From an uncultured Chloroflexia bacterium (GTDB lineage Bacteria > Chloroflexota > Dehalococcoidia > UBA2247 > RBG-13-53-26): a stretch of DNA of 64,000 bases. A program made the translations under genes and the position numbers. Every line of letters begins with the position of its first letter. The stretch's first letter is position 1. Location: positions 106,999 through 170,998 of the forward strand of contig CAVRFM010000015.1 of assembly GCA_963720375.1 (NCBI GenBank), in the 5' to 3' direction. A model generated the notes under the pieces. It ran no database searches and had not been told where the DNA came from. It was given only the letters and a program-made list of their open reading frames with translations. Positions 50,970 to 62,677 of the stretch are shown here, in pieces.

Positions 50970-51554
50970 GTGACCAGCGAAGCAGAGAGGATCTTTAGAG
51001 AAGCGGGTGCTGTGATGGAGGGGCATTTCCAGCTCACCTCAGGGCTGCACTCGCCGATATATTGGGAGAAGTTTCGGGTGCTGGAACAACCCCGCTACAC
51101 GGAGCGGCTCTGCGGGATGATTGCGAGGCATTTTCAACGTCAGGGGGTCCAACTGGTGGCTGGGCCGACGACCGGGGGAGTCATTATTGCCTATGAGGTG
51201 GCGAGGCAGCTTGGTGTGCGCAATATCTTTGCTGAGAGGCAGGGTACTGCACGGGTCTTCCGCCGGGGTTTTGAGATCGCTCCAGGGGAGAAAGTTCTGG
51301 TGGTGGATGATGTGTTGACTACAGGGGGCTCTATCCGTGAAGTGATAGCTGAGGTGAAGAGAAGGGGTGGACAGTTGATAGGAGTGGGGGTTCTGATAGA
51401 CAGAAGTCAGGAAGGGGTGGATTTTGGGTTTGGGGCCCCTCTTTTTTGTTGCTATCGAACGCTTGTTCCCACCTACAAACCGGATGAGTGTCCTTTGTGT
51501 AGGGAGGGAATACCCTTGTCAAAACCCGGCAGCGGGGAAAGCCAGCCTGCTTAA
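50970..51554 (+). CDS. pyrE: Orotate phosphoribosyltransferase
   Basis: GHFQLTSGLHS, VVDDVLTTGGS. Confidence 0.94.
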   Translation: MTSEAERIFREAGAVMEGHFQLTSGLHSPIYWEKFRVLEQPRYTERLCGMIARHFQRQGVQLVAGPTTGGVIIAYEVARQLGVRNIFAERQGTARVFRRGFEIAPGEKVLVVDDVLTTGGSIREVIAEVKRRGGQLIGVGVLIDRSQEGVDFGFGAPLFCCYRTLVPTYKPDECPLCREGIPLSKPGSGESQPA

Positions 51555-52813
51555 ACCTCTTTGTTCAATGTGGTCAGGAACTCAGCGTTGTTCTTGGTCT
51601 TTGACAGGCGATCGAGAATCAGCTGGGTGGCTTCTGTCGAACTGGATGAGTCGGATGAAATCATGCTGGCCATGCGCCTCAGCAGCCAAGCCTGCTTCAA
51701 GGTGAAGTCATCTACAAGCAGTTCCTCGCGTCTCGTACCGCTGCGCTGGATATCGATGGCAGGGAAGATGCGGCGCTCTGCGAGCCGTCGCTCCAGGTGT
51801 AGCTCCCAATTGCCGGTGCCTTTGAACTCTTCGTAGATCACGTCGTCCATACGGCTGCCCGTATCAACAAGGCAAGTAGCCAGAATAGTGAGACTACCGC
51901 CCTCCTCGATATTCCTCGCCGCGCCGAAGAAGTGCTTTGGATGGTACAGGGCTACCGGATCAATACCACCGGAGAGCGTCCTTCCGCTGGAAGGAGCCCC
52001 CAGGTTATAAGCCCTGGTAAGGCGGGTGATACCGTCCAGGAGGATGATGACATCCGTTCCTGCCTCAACCAGACGCTTCGCTCGTTCCATGGCCAGTTCA
52101 GCCACATGGGTCTGATTCTCCACCATTTCGTCAAAGGTGGCGCTGATCACCTCACCCCTGGCCGAACGTTTCATGTCGGTTACCTCTTCAGGCCTCTCGC
52201 CGATGAGACAGATCATAATATGCACATCTTCATAGTTAGTGGAGATGGCATTAGCGATCTGCTTGAGAAGGATCGTCTTGCCTGCCTTGGGAGGGGAAAC
52301 AATCAACCCGCGCTGTCCCCTGCCAACGGGAGCAATAAGGTTAATCAGCCTGCAAGCAAGGTTCTCGGTCGTTGTCTCGAGATTGAACATCTTATTCGGG
52401 AAGATGGGGGTCAGAGACTCGAACGCAGGCCGGCTTTTGGATTGTTCAGGGTCCTGGTCATTGACCAGTTCTACTCGGAGCAGGCTTTGATATCTCTCTC
52501 CCTCCTTGGGAGGCCGGGCCTGCCCCGTCACGGAGTCGCCGGTGCGGAGGCCAAAGCGGCGAATTTGAGACGAGGAGACATAAACATCGTTGGCTCCCTG
52601 CAGTAGATTCCCTCCCCGGAGAAAACCGTAACCTTCGGAGGTGATCTCCAGTATGCCGCAGGCGAAGATATTGCCTTCCTTCTCTGCCTGGTTTTGAAGA
52701 AGAGAAACGATAAGTTCGTGTTTCTTGAGATTGCTGTAGCCGGAGATACCCAGGTCTTTGGCTATCTCCAGCAGATCCTCTCTCTTCTTGGTACCTAATT
52801 CGGCAAAATTCAT
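51551..52813 (-). CDS. rho: Transcription termination factor Rho
   Basis: [31 protein letters not shown]. Confidence 0.97.
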   Translation of the reverse strand: MNFAELGTKKREDLLEIAKDLGISGYSNLKKHELIVSLLQNQAEKEGNIFACGILEITSEGYGFLRGGNLLQGANDVYVSSSQIRRFGLRTGDSVTGQARPPKEGERYQSLLRVELVNDQDPEQSKSRPAFESLTPIFPNKMFNLETTTENLACRLINLIAPVGRGQRGLIVSPPKAGKTILLKQIANAISTNYEDVHIMICLIGERPEEVTDMKRSARGEVISATFDEMVENQTHVAELAMERAKRLVEAGTDVIILLDGITRLTRAYNLGAPSSGRTLSGGIDPVALYHPKHFFGAARNIEEGGSLTILATCLVDTGSRMDDVIYEEFKGTGNWELHLERRLAERRIFPAIDIQRSGTRREELLVDDFTLKQAWLLRRMASMISSDSSSSTEATQLILDRLSKTKNNAEFLTTLNKEV

Positions 52814-52828
52814 ATGTCCTCCCCTCTC

Positions 52829-53482
52829 TCAACCTTTGCCCAGAGCTCGTTGCGAGTCTTCCAGGAAGCGAGCGATACCCGTAGTAGTAAGCGGATGGTT
52901 GATCATCTGCATCAAAACACTGTAGGGTACTGTAGCAATATGTGAGCCTGCCTTAGCGGCAATAACACAGTGCAGCGGGTGGCGAATGCTGGCAGCAATC
53001 ACCTGGGTTGGCATTTTATAGTGGTCAAAACATTTCACGATATCAGCTACTAACTCCATGCCATCCTGACCTACATCATCTAACCTGCCCACGAAAGGAC
53101 TGACATAAGCGGCCCCTGACAATGCCCCCAGGAGTGCCTGGTTAAGAGAGAAACAGAGGGTAAGATTTACTCTGACATTATCTTTTGATAGAGCGGAGGT
53201 AGCCTCTAAACCCGCAGCGCAGACGGGGATTTTGATGACCACATGGGGCGACCAGGTGGCAATTGCCTTTGCTTCTTCAATCATGGATTCGGCTTCCTGG
53301 CTGAGAACCTCCACGGAAACAGGACCATTGACCAGGGAGCAGATTTCCTGAACAGCCGATTTATAATCGGTCCACCCTGCCTTTGAGACCAGACTGGGGT
53401 TCGTAGTAACCCCGCTTATAACACCCAGTCTAACTGCTTGGCGGACTTGATCAATATCTGCCGTGTCCAGAAAAAGGCGCAT
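52829..53482 (-). CDS. fsa: Transaldolase / fructose-6-phosphate aldolase
   Basis: FLDTA, GVTTNPSL, VIKIP, SPFVGRLDD, AASIRH. Confidence 0.93.
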   Translation of the reverse strand: MRLFLDTADIDQVRQAVRLGVISGVTTNPSLVSKAGWTDYKSAVQEICSLVNGPVSVEVLSQEAESMIEEAKAIATWSPHVVIKIPVCAAGLEATSALSKDNVRVNLTLCFSLNQALLGALSGAAYVSPFVGRLDDVGQDGMELVADIVKCFDHYKMPTQVIAASIRHPLHCVIAAKAGSHIATVPYSVLMQMINHPLTTTGIARFLEDSQRALGKG

Positions 53483-55140
53483 TATGTTCCCTCCTTCTCC
53501 CCGTGGTGCAATGGCAGAGGATGCTGGGCTCCCTCTCGCATGGTCTGTTTTGCTGCTTTTATGAAATCACTAAAAAGGGGATGAGGTCGATTAGGCCTTG
53601 ACTTGAATTCAGGATGAAACTGAGTAGCAATCATCCAGGGGTGGTCTCTGAGCTCAACTATCTCGACAAGTTTGCCATCAGGGGAAAGACCGCTGGCAGT
53701 TAACCCTGCCTCGCCCAGAGTATAGCGGAATTGGTTATTAAACTCAAATCGATGGCGGTGACGCTCGTAGACAACAGGCTCGCCGTAAGCAGCAGCAGCG
53801 CGGCTGCCTTTCTGGAGATGACAGAGATAAGCTCCTAACCTCATGGTTCCCCCTTTCCCATTTACCTCTCGCTGTTCGGGCAGCAGATCGATAACGGGGT
53901 AGGGAGTCTGAGGAGAGAACTCAGTAGAATTAGGCTCATCTGAATCGAATACGTGGCGGGCAAACTCTACGACCATGACTTGCATCCCCAGGCAGAGGCC
54001 CAGGTATGGCACCTTATGTTCCCGAGCATACTTGGCTGCCTTGATCATGCCCTCTATGCCCCTGTAACCAAAGCCACCGGGAACTAAGATCCCCTGCACA
54101 GGGCCAAGGAGTCTGTCCAGATTGCCCTCGTCCTTTTCGATATCCTCAGATTGAACCCAGTGGATATCCACCTCTCGATCCAGAGGGGTGGCAGCGTGAC
54201 GAAGCGCCTCTCGCACCGAAATATACGCATCCCGAAGCTCCACATATTTGCCCACCAGGGCGATAGGCAGTGGTTGCTTGGGGGCTTTCATTTTTTCCAC
54301 AAGATCCCGCCACTCGCGCATATCCTCGTTGCCGGAAGGTAGCCTCAGCATTTCCATCATCAGATTACCCAGCCCGGCCTCCTCAAGGATAATAGGAACC
54401 TCATAAATACTCGGCACAGTCATGAGAGGTATTACTGCCCTCTTGTCTACGCTGCAGAAGAGGGATATCTTATCCTTCATTCCCTCAGGTACGGGGTAGT
54501 CGCTACGACAGACAATAATATCGGGCTGGATACCGATGCGACGCAACTCATTAACGCTGTGTTGTGTGGGCTTGGTCTTTAACTCCCCGGTTGATGAGAT
54601 GTAGGGCAGCAGTGTCACATGGATATAGAGCACATTATCTCGCCCTACATCGCTACGCATCTGGCGGATGGCTTCAAGGAATGGAAGTCCCTCAATATCG
54701 CCCACCGTTCCACCGACCTCCACGATTACCACCTCAGCCCCGCTATCCTCTCCTACCTCCTGAATCCGTCTTTTAATCTCGCTGGTAACATGGGGTACTA
54801 TCTGGATAGTGCCGCCCAGGAAATCACCCCGCCTTTCCTTGGCGATAACTGAGCTGTAGATCTGGCCTGTGGTGACGCTTGACGCGGCGGTAAGCTCGAT
54901 ATCGATAAAGCGCTCATAATGGCCCAGGTCAAGGTCGGTTTCAGCACCATCACGGGTGACAAAGACCTCACCGTGTTGATATGGGGACATAGTCCCTGGA
55001 TCGACGTTGAGATAGGGGTCTAGTTTTTGGATGGTGACGGCGATATTGCGACTCTTGATTATCCTGCCTACAGAAGCGGCAGTTATCCCCTTCCCTACAG
55101 AACTGACCACACCACCAGTAATGAATATATACTTCGCCGT
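53482..55140 (-). CDS. pyrG: CTP synthase (conserved N-terminus begins at an ACG codon)
   Basis: (T)[45 protein letters not shown]. Confidence 0.96.
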   Translation of the reverse strand, partial: TAKYIFITGGVVSSVGKGITAASVGRIIKSRNIAVTIQKLDPYLNVDPGTMSPYQHGEVFVTRDGAETDLDLGHYERFIDIELTAASSVTTGQIYSSVIAKERRGDFLGGTIQIVPHVTSEIKRRIQEVGEDSGAEVVIVEVGGTVGDIEGLPFLEAIRQMRSDVGRDNVLYIHVTLLPYISSTGELKTKPTQHSVNELRRIGIQPDIIVCRSDYPVPEGMKDKISLFCSVDKRAVIPLMTVPSIYEVPIILEEAGLGNLMMEMLRLPSGNEDMREWRDLVEKMKAPKQPLPIALVGKYVELRDAYISVREALRHAATPLDREVDIHWVQSEDIEKDEGNLDRLLGPVQGILVPGGFGYRGIEGMIKAAKYAREHKVPYLGLCLGMQVMVVEFARHVFDSDEPNSTEFSPQTPYPVIDLLPEQREVNGKGGTMRLGAYLCHLQKGSRAAAAYGEPVVYERHRHRFEFNNQFRYTLGEAGLTASGLSPDGKLVEIVELRDHPWMIATQFHPEFKSRPNRPHPLFSDFIKAAKQTMREGAQHPLPLHHGEKEGT

Positions 55141-55194
55141 AGGCTCCTTAAGGTGAAAACAAACAATACGCGAGGAAAGTTAAATCTGAAAACA

Positions 55195-55222
55195 AGTATA
55201 ACACCTTTGATCTGCCTGTCAA
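55195..55222 (-). promoter_or_regulatory. pyrG-fsa-rho promoter
   Basis: Minus strand TTGACA-N16-TATACT with extended TG. Confidence 0.65.
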
Positions 55223-55342
55223 GCAGCGGAAAATATCAAGAGCCAACGTGGCGGGGCAAGACCCCTTGCTCGTCCGCTGCCCAAAGCAAAGGATCACCGA
55301 CTACCATTTGCCGAGAAAGCTCCTGGTGGCGTCACGGGGCAT

Positions 55343-56606
55343 CTACAGGTGGAGCAACCCCTGGATGTCCTTCTCTTCAACAGGGCCGACGACCGCCAGG
55401 TTAAGCCTCTCCGGCACAAACAGTTCTCTGGCTACCCGGATCATGTCGTCAACCTGGATAGAGTCGATTATGGATACCACCTCATCAACGGTGAGAATGT
55501 TCCCCAGCAAAAACTCCTGTCCTCCTAACCAGCCGGCCACGCTCCGCGTATCCTCCATACGCAGCAGCAGACGTCCCTTGCAGAATTCCCTTGCCTTCTT
55601 CAACTCGTCTTCGGGCACCTTCTCCCTTTTCAGTTGATTCAGTTCTGCCAGTACTGCTTCGACACAGCCCGGAAGTTGTCTGGGGTCAATCCCGGCATAG
55701 ACGATCAGCGCGCCTGTGTCCAGGAAGTGGTCTGCATAGCTGTGGATGGCATAGGCCAGCCCTCTATTCTCCCTGATCTCCAGAAAGAGGCGGCTGCTCA
55801 TGCCCTCACCGAGCACAGCATTGAGCAGGTCTAAGGCGAACCGGTCAGGATGCTGGAGTGACAGGCCCGGCAGGGCGAGGCAAAGATGGGCCTGCTCCGT
55901 GTCGCGCTGCTCGACTCGCAATCGTGGCTCCTGCTGGGGGCTGTCAACTGCATACCACTCCTGCCGTATGCCCCTTTTCCCAATGTCCAAAGGTTTCTTC
56001 CATGCTGGCCACCACTTCCTGGTGGCTGATATCACCGGCAACGCTCACTACTGTATTATTGGCCAGATACTGGCTATCAAGGTAGCGGAGCATGTCCTCC
56101 CGCATCAGTTTGCCCACCGTGGTCTTGGTTCCAGCGACATCTCTCCCCAGGGGCTGGTCCGGCCACATGACTTCGTCAATGAGCAAGTCCACCCGCTGTT
56201 GAGGGGAATCAAGGCACATGTTGATCTCCTCGATAATTACCTGTCTCTCCTTCTCGATCTCTTCAGGATCAAACCTGGAATGAGACAGCATATCGGCCAG
56301 GATGTCTACGGCCAGTGAAAAATGGGGACGGGCAACCTTGCACCAGTAGATGGTCAGTTCCTTATCAGTACCGCCGTTAAGCAATCCGCCGACACCTTCA
56401 ATTGACTCCGATATCTCTTTGGCCGTGCGTCTGCGCTCGGTGCCTTTGAAGCAGAGATGCTCAATGAAGTGGGATATCCCTGCCTGTTCAGCCTTCTCGT
56501 AACGGGAACCAGCACCGATAAACACGCCCACAGACACAGAACGCGTGTGAGGCATGCTGGACGTTACCACTCTCAGCTTGTTGTCAAGAACGCTTTTCTG
56601 ATACAC
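55343..56606 (-). CDS. M16 (pitrilysin) family peptidase, frameshift near 55975
   Basis: HFIEH motif in 55944-56606; GEGMSSRLFLEIRENRGLAY in 55343-56041. Confidence 0.88.
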
Positions 56607-56778
56607 ACGGTCTCCTTATTCAGCACATTCTAATGATGGCTGCGACTCATGTCAAAAATAGACTTGTTCGGATGGATAGCGTTTGACCGGTGACAAGAGG
56701 TGGCTATGGCGGCTGCATCAAGTCGCCCGGCAAGGCGACGATCCCTGTCCATGCTATACTCTCCGCAAAGGAGGTATC

Positions 56779-56985
56779 ATGGGCATGAAGATTGAATGCT
56801 TGATTTGCCTCAAGGAGACTATCATCCCGAATAACATTAACACCGAGAGGTATGACGGGCAGATTACCTGCCGGGAATGTGGCTCGCTGCTCCAGGTGAA
56901 GCTGGTCAAGTCGAAGGTAGAGCAATGCAAAGTCGTGAGGGTCGGGCACCCCAAGATTCCTGAGACGAAGCGCTTAAGGCCATGA
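56779..56985 (+). CDS. Small zinc-ribbon protein
   Basis: AAGGAGGT RBS; CLIC...CREC. Confidence 0.7.
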   Translation: MGMKIECLICLKETIIPNNINTERYDGQITCRECGSLLQVKLVKSKVEQCKVVRVGHPKIPETKRLRP

Positions 56986-57188
56986 GTGAGGCAGAGCAGC
57001 AAGGGACACGTTGGCTTGAAGGGAAGTCCTGACGATTGCTGGCTGCCGCCGCCATCAATCAGCCTATCCCCTATGTATCCAAGTTGAGGTTGACGCCTCT
57101 TGCTTGATATGCTATTGTCCGAGGCGAATATCCTCAAGCACACGCCCTGAGACATAATTCGTGCCCGAGCGGAGCTAGGAGGGAGGCT

Positions 57189-57581
57189 GTGACAAAAACG
57201 ATGAGAGTAAGAAAGACTACCTTAGTTGTGCTGTTGCTTGCGGTTCTGTGTTGGAGTGGGATGGTTGCATTGGGGTGCAAAACGTCGTCTGGCGGGATAG
57301 CTACTGTGGAAAGTATTTCGGCTAGCGCCATTAACTTGACCTATACGTATACTCTAGATGTAGATCTGAAGCCCGGTGGTGAGGCCAAGGCAAATACCGT
57401 GTACACAGTGGACCTCTATGAGAAGGGCAAATTTAGACACAGTGCAACTGTGGAATGGAGTCAACCAGAGATAAATGTGGCAGGTGACAAGATTGCTGAG
57501 TTCCCGTTGTCTGCAGACGAATGGAATGCCTATTACATGAAAGACGTTAGCAACATCTTCTCCGTGAAGGTACACGAATAG
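57189..57581 (+). CDS. Putative lipoprotein
   Basis: Basic N-terminus, hydrophobic stretch, ALGC lipobox-like motif. Confidence 0.7.
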   Translation: MTKTMRVRKTTLVVLLLAVLCWSGMVALGCKTSSGGIATVESISASAINLTYTYTLDVDLKPGGEAKANTVYTVDLYEKGKFRHSATVEWSQPEINVAGDKIAEFPLSADEWNAYYMKDVSNIFSVKVHE

Positions 57582-57762
57582 GCTCAAACGGCAAGAGGCG
57601 GGTGGCAAAGCAGTACGACCAGAATCAATCGTTGAATACCTAACGGGGTGGGCAGCGATTTCCACCCTTGTCTTTTCGTCAGTATCAGTCAACTCCCTTT
57701 ATATCCAATCTGATGTTCGGGTACTATAATGGTCGCACAAGAAAATCCATCTTGGAGGGAAA

Positions 57763-58077
57763 ATGGCTGAGATAAAAGTGAGTATTGAGATGAAGGATGA
57801 TGGTAGTAGTCAAAAAACCGCAAGTGAGGTAAAGCAACCAATAACCCTTGAACATATTCACGAACACCTTGAGGGGATGGAGAAAAGTGCTGAAGTGGAG
57901 TCGTATCGCAGACTTGGGGTTGATTTCGTGGCACTAGGGCTTGCTACTGTGGCAATAGGCGTAGCACTTCGAGCATGGAAATTGGACCTAATAGGACTGC
58001 TAGTAGCTGTCATTGGGTTGTTTGTGGCGACGTGGGTTGCTAGCTTTATAGACCGACGTCTGAAGAAGGGTAAGTGA
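57763..58077 (+). CDS. 2-TM protein with shared N-terminal tag
   Basis: GGAGG RBS; MAEIKVSIEMKDDGSSQK followed by two hydrophobic helices. Confidence 0.75.
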   Translation: MAEIKVSIEMKDDGSSQKTASEVKQPITLEHIHEHLEGMEKSAEVESYRRLGVDFVALGLATVAIGVALRAWKLDLIGLLVAVIGLFVATWVASFIDRRLKKGK

Positions 58078-58161
58078 TCTTCACCATCCCTATGTATCCA
58101 GGCTGATGTTTGGTATAATGGTCGCATAAGAGAAATCTGGAGATCAATGAGTGGAGGTGTG

Positions 58162-58669
58162 ATGGCTGAGATGAAGGTTATGGTTGAAATGAAAGACTGT
58201 GGCAGTAGCGAAAAGGCCACACCTGGGTCAAAGGAACCAACAGAAGACTGGGCGAAGGTGGAGTATCAGCAGGCTCAGGATTCTGCTCAGCATCATGATA
58301 ACCTAGTATGGACGACAACCAGTATCATATGGGCTGGGAATCTAGTCCTGCTTGGACTGATACTTGGGCTGATAGTAAAGGACAATAATGTAGACACCAC
58401 ATCACAGGTGTTCTCATCTCTTCGTCCTTTGTTCATCATATTAGGTGCGCTGGGCATACTGCTAAGCTTGTTTGTATGGAGTATGCAACTACAATTCGGG
58501 AAGATCAGGAACTTCAAATACAAGAGATGCAAGGAAATAGAGGGGGGTATATGGTCTGAAGCAGCACACCAACCTCCCATACTGCAAGGGGAGTCAGACA
58601 TGTGCCTACGCAGTAATCAACGTAGTATTCATCTTTGCCTGGAGCTGGGTGTTGTGTAAAGTGTGTTAG
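58162..58669 (+). CDS. Membrane protein with shared N-terminal tag (probable frameshift in G-run near 58545)
   Basis: MAEMKVMVEMKDCGSSEK, two TMs; shifted frame gives a third TM ending TAG 58667-58669. Confidence 0.7.
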
Positions 58670-59128
58670 TGCAGAGGACGATTGCCTCACTCCACCATCC
58701 TCTTGTAGAATCCCAGACCTGTAGGCATGTTCGCTTTAATTCACGCTCAATCATGCCCACTTGTTCCCCATAACCTCTCACACTTAACTAATCCCTGAAT
58801 CCAACTTGACAATAATACCACGCCCAATTGATTCTCTCAGCCGGTAGTATTCACTTGTCAAGGTTCACCGGGCTGAGCCATGCCTACCTCGCAGACGATC
58901 CGAGAGAAATCTGTGAGCCTGCCAGTGGCTGCTGAGATGCAGGTGTGATCCGGATGATCTAGATTATCCAGCAAGTAGTTCGCAACCGCATTCGTTGAGG
59001 TTGATGCAGGGCGGTGGAGTTCATGGGATCAGTGTGGGCGGCTCTGCATAAATGCAGCGACATTGCCCTTTGCATGCAGGAATAGAAGCGGAATGAGGAA
59101 ATAGGCGAGTAAGTCAACGCGGGGATTT

Positions 59129-61179
59129 GTGAAAGGGGGAAGTGAAGTGATAAAGAGACTGCGAAAACCGATAAAGATGCGGCTTCTGGTGAAGATGCTC
59201 ATGGCGTGCCTGGTTGTGATAGCCGCATTCGGTCTATTCTGGGGCTACTACGCTTTGCCGAGATTTCAGGCGGACAAGATGCTCGACGAGGAGACCAAAT
59301 CGAAGCAGGAGGTTGAACTGGCTGTCGGGTGTGGTCAACTACTGGTACAACCTCGAAGCCTCAGGGCAGATAACCATGGCTGAGGCGCAGTCATCCGCGC
59401 TTAAAGTGGTGGGCGACTTGCGTTATGACTCGAATGATAGTGAAGGCTCTTTCTGGGTCAATGATAGTCGGCCGGTCCTGCTTGCAGATGCCACTAGGCC
59501 GGACCTGGTAAACTCCAACGTGAGCAACTTCAGTGGATGAGAAGGGCAATTATATCTTTCGGGATATCGTGGATATATCTCAGAGAGATGGATCCGGGGT
59601 TTACACCTTTTATCGGCAGAAGGATGGCAGTGGCCAGGTAATGACCGAGGTATCCTATGTGGAATCCTTCGCCCCATGGGGATGGGTAATCGGCACGGGG
59701 TTCTATAAAGAAGAGGTTATAGCGGGCTATAGATCGTGGAGGGATACGGTCGGTTGGGTTTTTGGCGGTATCGCTTTCCTCTGCATCCTCATCTTCTGGA
59801 TGCTCACACGGTATGCGTTGGGCAAGCCTTTGACCTCTCTGGTAAAAACGTCTGAGGCTTTAGCGCAGGGTAGAGTTGACCAACAGATCGACATAAAGTC
59901 TAATGACGAAATTGGCATGTTGGCATCTGCCTATTCAAAGGTTATCGATTATATGAAGGAGATGGCGGAAGTCAGCAGGAGAGTAGCCGATGGTGACCTT
60001 ACGGTGGAGGTGAAGCCGAGATCGGAGGGGGATATTCTGGGCAATGCCTTCTCGCAGTTAATTGCCAGGCAGCACGCGCTCATAGGCGAGGTAAAGACCG
60101 CGACCAGAAGCGTTGCGGAGGCCAGCAGGCAGCTTACCAAAGCTTCGGAGCAGACAGCACAGATCACCCAGCAGATAACGAATGCCATGCAGCAGTTAGC
60201 CAAGGGTGCAAGCGAGCAGTCGAACTCACTCCAGGGGACGATGAAGAGTGAGGAAGAGCTTCTGAAAGCTATTGATCAGATAGCCAAGGGATCTCAAGAG
60301 CAGGCTGCCGGTGTGGAGCAAGCCAGCGGTATGGTCAAACAGGTCTCCACGGCCATCGTCCAGGTATCCGGGAATGCCCGGGCAGGGGCCGAGGCATGGA
60401 GAAGTACAGCCAAATCTGCTGAGAACGGCGCCCGCATGACACATGAAACTGTTGAAGGGATGAAGAAGGTAAAAGAGGCCATGGATATTGTCTCCCTGAG
60501 AGTGACTGACCTTGGTGAAAACTCCAGAGAGATTGGCAGTATTGTGGCCACTATCGATGACATAGCTGCCCAAACCAACCTTCTTGCCCTCAATGCTGCT
60601 ATTGAGGCAGCCAGGGCTGGCGAGCAAGGACGGGGATTTGCAGTGGTGGCTGACGAGGTAAGGAAACTTGCTGAGAGGTCATCCCTGGCAACCAAGGAGA
60701 TAGCATCCCTGATTGGCAATATACAAACCGGAGTCAGAGAAGCCGTGAACGCCATGGGACAGAGCACCAAGCAAGTCGGGGTAGGCTACAATCTAGCCAC
60801 TGACGCCGGCAAAGCCCTGGATGATATCCTGGAGAGATCAAATGAGGTTGGTAAGCAGGTTGAGCAGATATCGGGTGCTGCCCAGGAACTGAATGCCTTG
60901 AGCAATGAAATGGTGAATGTGATCGAGCAGATCAACAAAATCGTGGAAGAGAACGCGGCTGCCACCAAGCAGATGACAGACAGCTCGGTCCATGTATTGA
61001 GGTCTATCGAGAATGTAGGCAGTGTTGCTGAGGAAAACAGCGCATCTGCGCAGGAGGTCTCGGCCTCGACTGAGGAGATGTCTGCCCAGGTGGAGGAAGT
61101 GCTTGCCTCAGCTCAGTCATTGACCGAGATGTCTGAGACAATGGAGAGGGCTGTGGCAGTGTTCAAGATCGATTCGTAG
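59129..61179 (+). CDS. Methyl-accepting chemotaxis protein with Cache and HAMP domains (two frameshifts)
   Basis: [56 protein letters not shown] across three ORFs. Confidence 0.9.
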
Positions 61180-61410
61180 AAGCATCCATTTATGAGGCAT
61201 CGGGGAAATCCTTTCCTCGAAAAAGACAGCCCCACCCTCAGGAGGGGGAAGAGGATGGAGCTGCGACAATGAAGCGGGTACAAGCCAGGGACACTCCAGA
61301 ACTTTAAGCCCTATATGATTCTCTTGGTCATCTTATAGAAGGTGCCCTGGGGGGCACACTTCCATAAGCATAAACCATGTAAAGCGAGACGCCAGACAAA
61401 GTGCGCGCCG

Positions 61411-62514
61411 CTAGCCGGATGGTCTCTGACCCAGGGTGACTTCAGTAGTATAGGTTGTCTTTCCCCGAACATAGGTGATGGTCACTTTGTCACCTGGGCT
61501 GTGGCTTTGTATGGCTGACGCCAAGCCTTGGCTATCCGTTATCGCCACATCATCAAATTTGGTGATGACGTCAGCAGTCCTGAGCCCTGCGGTGTCTGCC
61601 GGGCCTCCTGAGACCACCGCCACAATTAGCACCCCGGAGTCAACCGAAAGGCCATACTGAGACGCGACAGCCTGAGTAACCGTAGTCGTGTTCACTCCGA
61701 GCCAGGCAGAAACCACAGAGCCTTCGGTTATCAGAGAATACACGGTAGAAATGGCGGTATCCGTGCTTATGGCAAATCCAATGTTCTCTGCGTTGGTGGC
61801 AATTGCCGTGTTGATGCCTATTACCTGTCCGGCCATGTTCACCAGGGGTCCTCCGCTGTTCCCGGGGTTGATGGCGGCATCGGTCTGGATAAGGTCATCT
61901 AGGACCACGCCATTTGATTCCTCAATCGACCGCCCCAGGTAGCTGACCACCCCTTCAGTCCAGGTAGGTCCTCCAGGCAGGGCCAGGGCGTTGCCCACCG
62001 CCACCACCTCGTCCAGCACACTGACCTTCTCCAGAGAGTTGCTCAGGAAATTGGCATAAGGAAGGGCTTCACCCGCTTGAATCTCCACTACTGCCAGATC
62101 AGTTGACGAGTCGCCAGCCCATTTGACGGCGTTAAAGCTGCGCCCGTCGCTCAGGGTCACCGTCAGGCTCTGGGCTCCTTCAACTACGTGATCATTGGTC
62201 ACAATGTACCCTTTGGGGTCTATGATGATCCCGCTGGCAGCGCCACTCTCAGGGACAGGTTGATAGAACATGTTATAGCCCACCGTCTGAGTAGTTATAG
62301 AGACAACTGCGGGGGAGAGCTCTTTTATCAAGTCAGCTGTCGATAAAGTTGAAGTGACGTTATCCTGCACGTAAACTGGTGTCCAACTGGGGTCGATCGG
62401 TGTGCCGGCGGCATTAGTCTGATTGCTTGTCTTATTAAGCAGGACAAAGGCCGAACCAGCACCCAGCACACCTAAGATCACGAAGATAATTAAAAAGTAC
62501 TTCAATCTATGCAT
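61411..62514 (-). CDS. htrA: HtrA/DegP-family serine protease with PDZ
   Basis: VTNDHVV, DLAVV, QTDAAINPGNSGGPL, C-terminal PDZ. Confidence 0.93.
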   Translation of the reverse strand: MHRLKYFLIIFVILGVLGAGSAFVLLNKTSNQTNAAGTPIDPSWTPVYVQDNVTSTLSTADLIKELSPAVVSITTQTVGYNMFYQPVPESGAASGIIIDPKGYIVTNDHVVEGAQSLTVTLSDGRSFNAVKWAGDSSTDLAVVEIQAGEALPYANFLSNSLEKVSVLDEVVAVGNALALPGGPTWTEGVVSYLGRSIEESNGVVLDDLIQTDAAINPGNSGGPLVNMAGQVIGINTAIATNAENIGFAISTDTAISTVYSLITEGSVVSAWLGVNTTTVTQAVASQYGLSVDSGVLIVAVVSGGPADTAGLRTADVITKFDDVAITDSQGLASAIQSHSPGDKVTITYVRGKTTYTTEVTLGQRPSG

Positions 62515-62601
62515 CTGTCCTCCTCCAAAATCATCATTCCGACGTTTTTCATTCGAAGATATCGGGAATCCAAAGGTAGATTAACGCGCTGTCACATATA
62601 C

Positions 62602-62634
62602 ACCTTAACACAGGAAAGGTAAAGACACGGTAAA
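62602..62634 (-). promoter_or_regulatory. OmpR-type direct-repeat box and -10 upstream of htrA
   Basis: Minus strand TTTACC-N5-TTTACC-N10-TAAGGT. Confidence 0.55.
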
Positions 62635-62677
62635 ATCTCTGGCAGCCCCATCTTCATAAGGTGTTGAAGTAAGAGGG

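Noticed and set aside
56640-58700. Integron cassette array
   Set aside because: No convincing attC sites or integrase; genes have their own promoters
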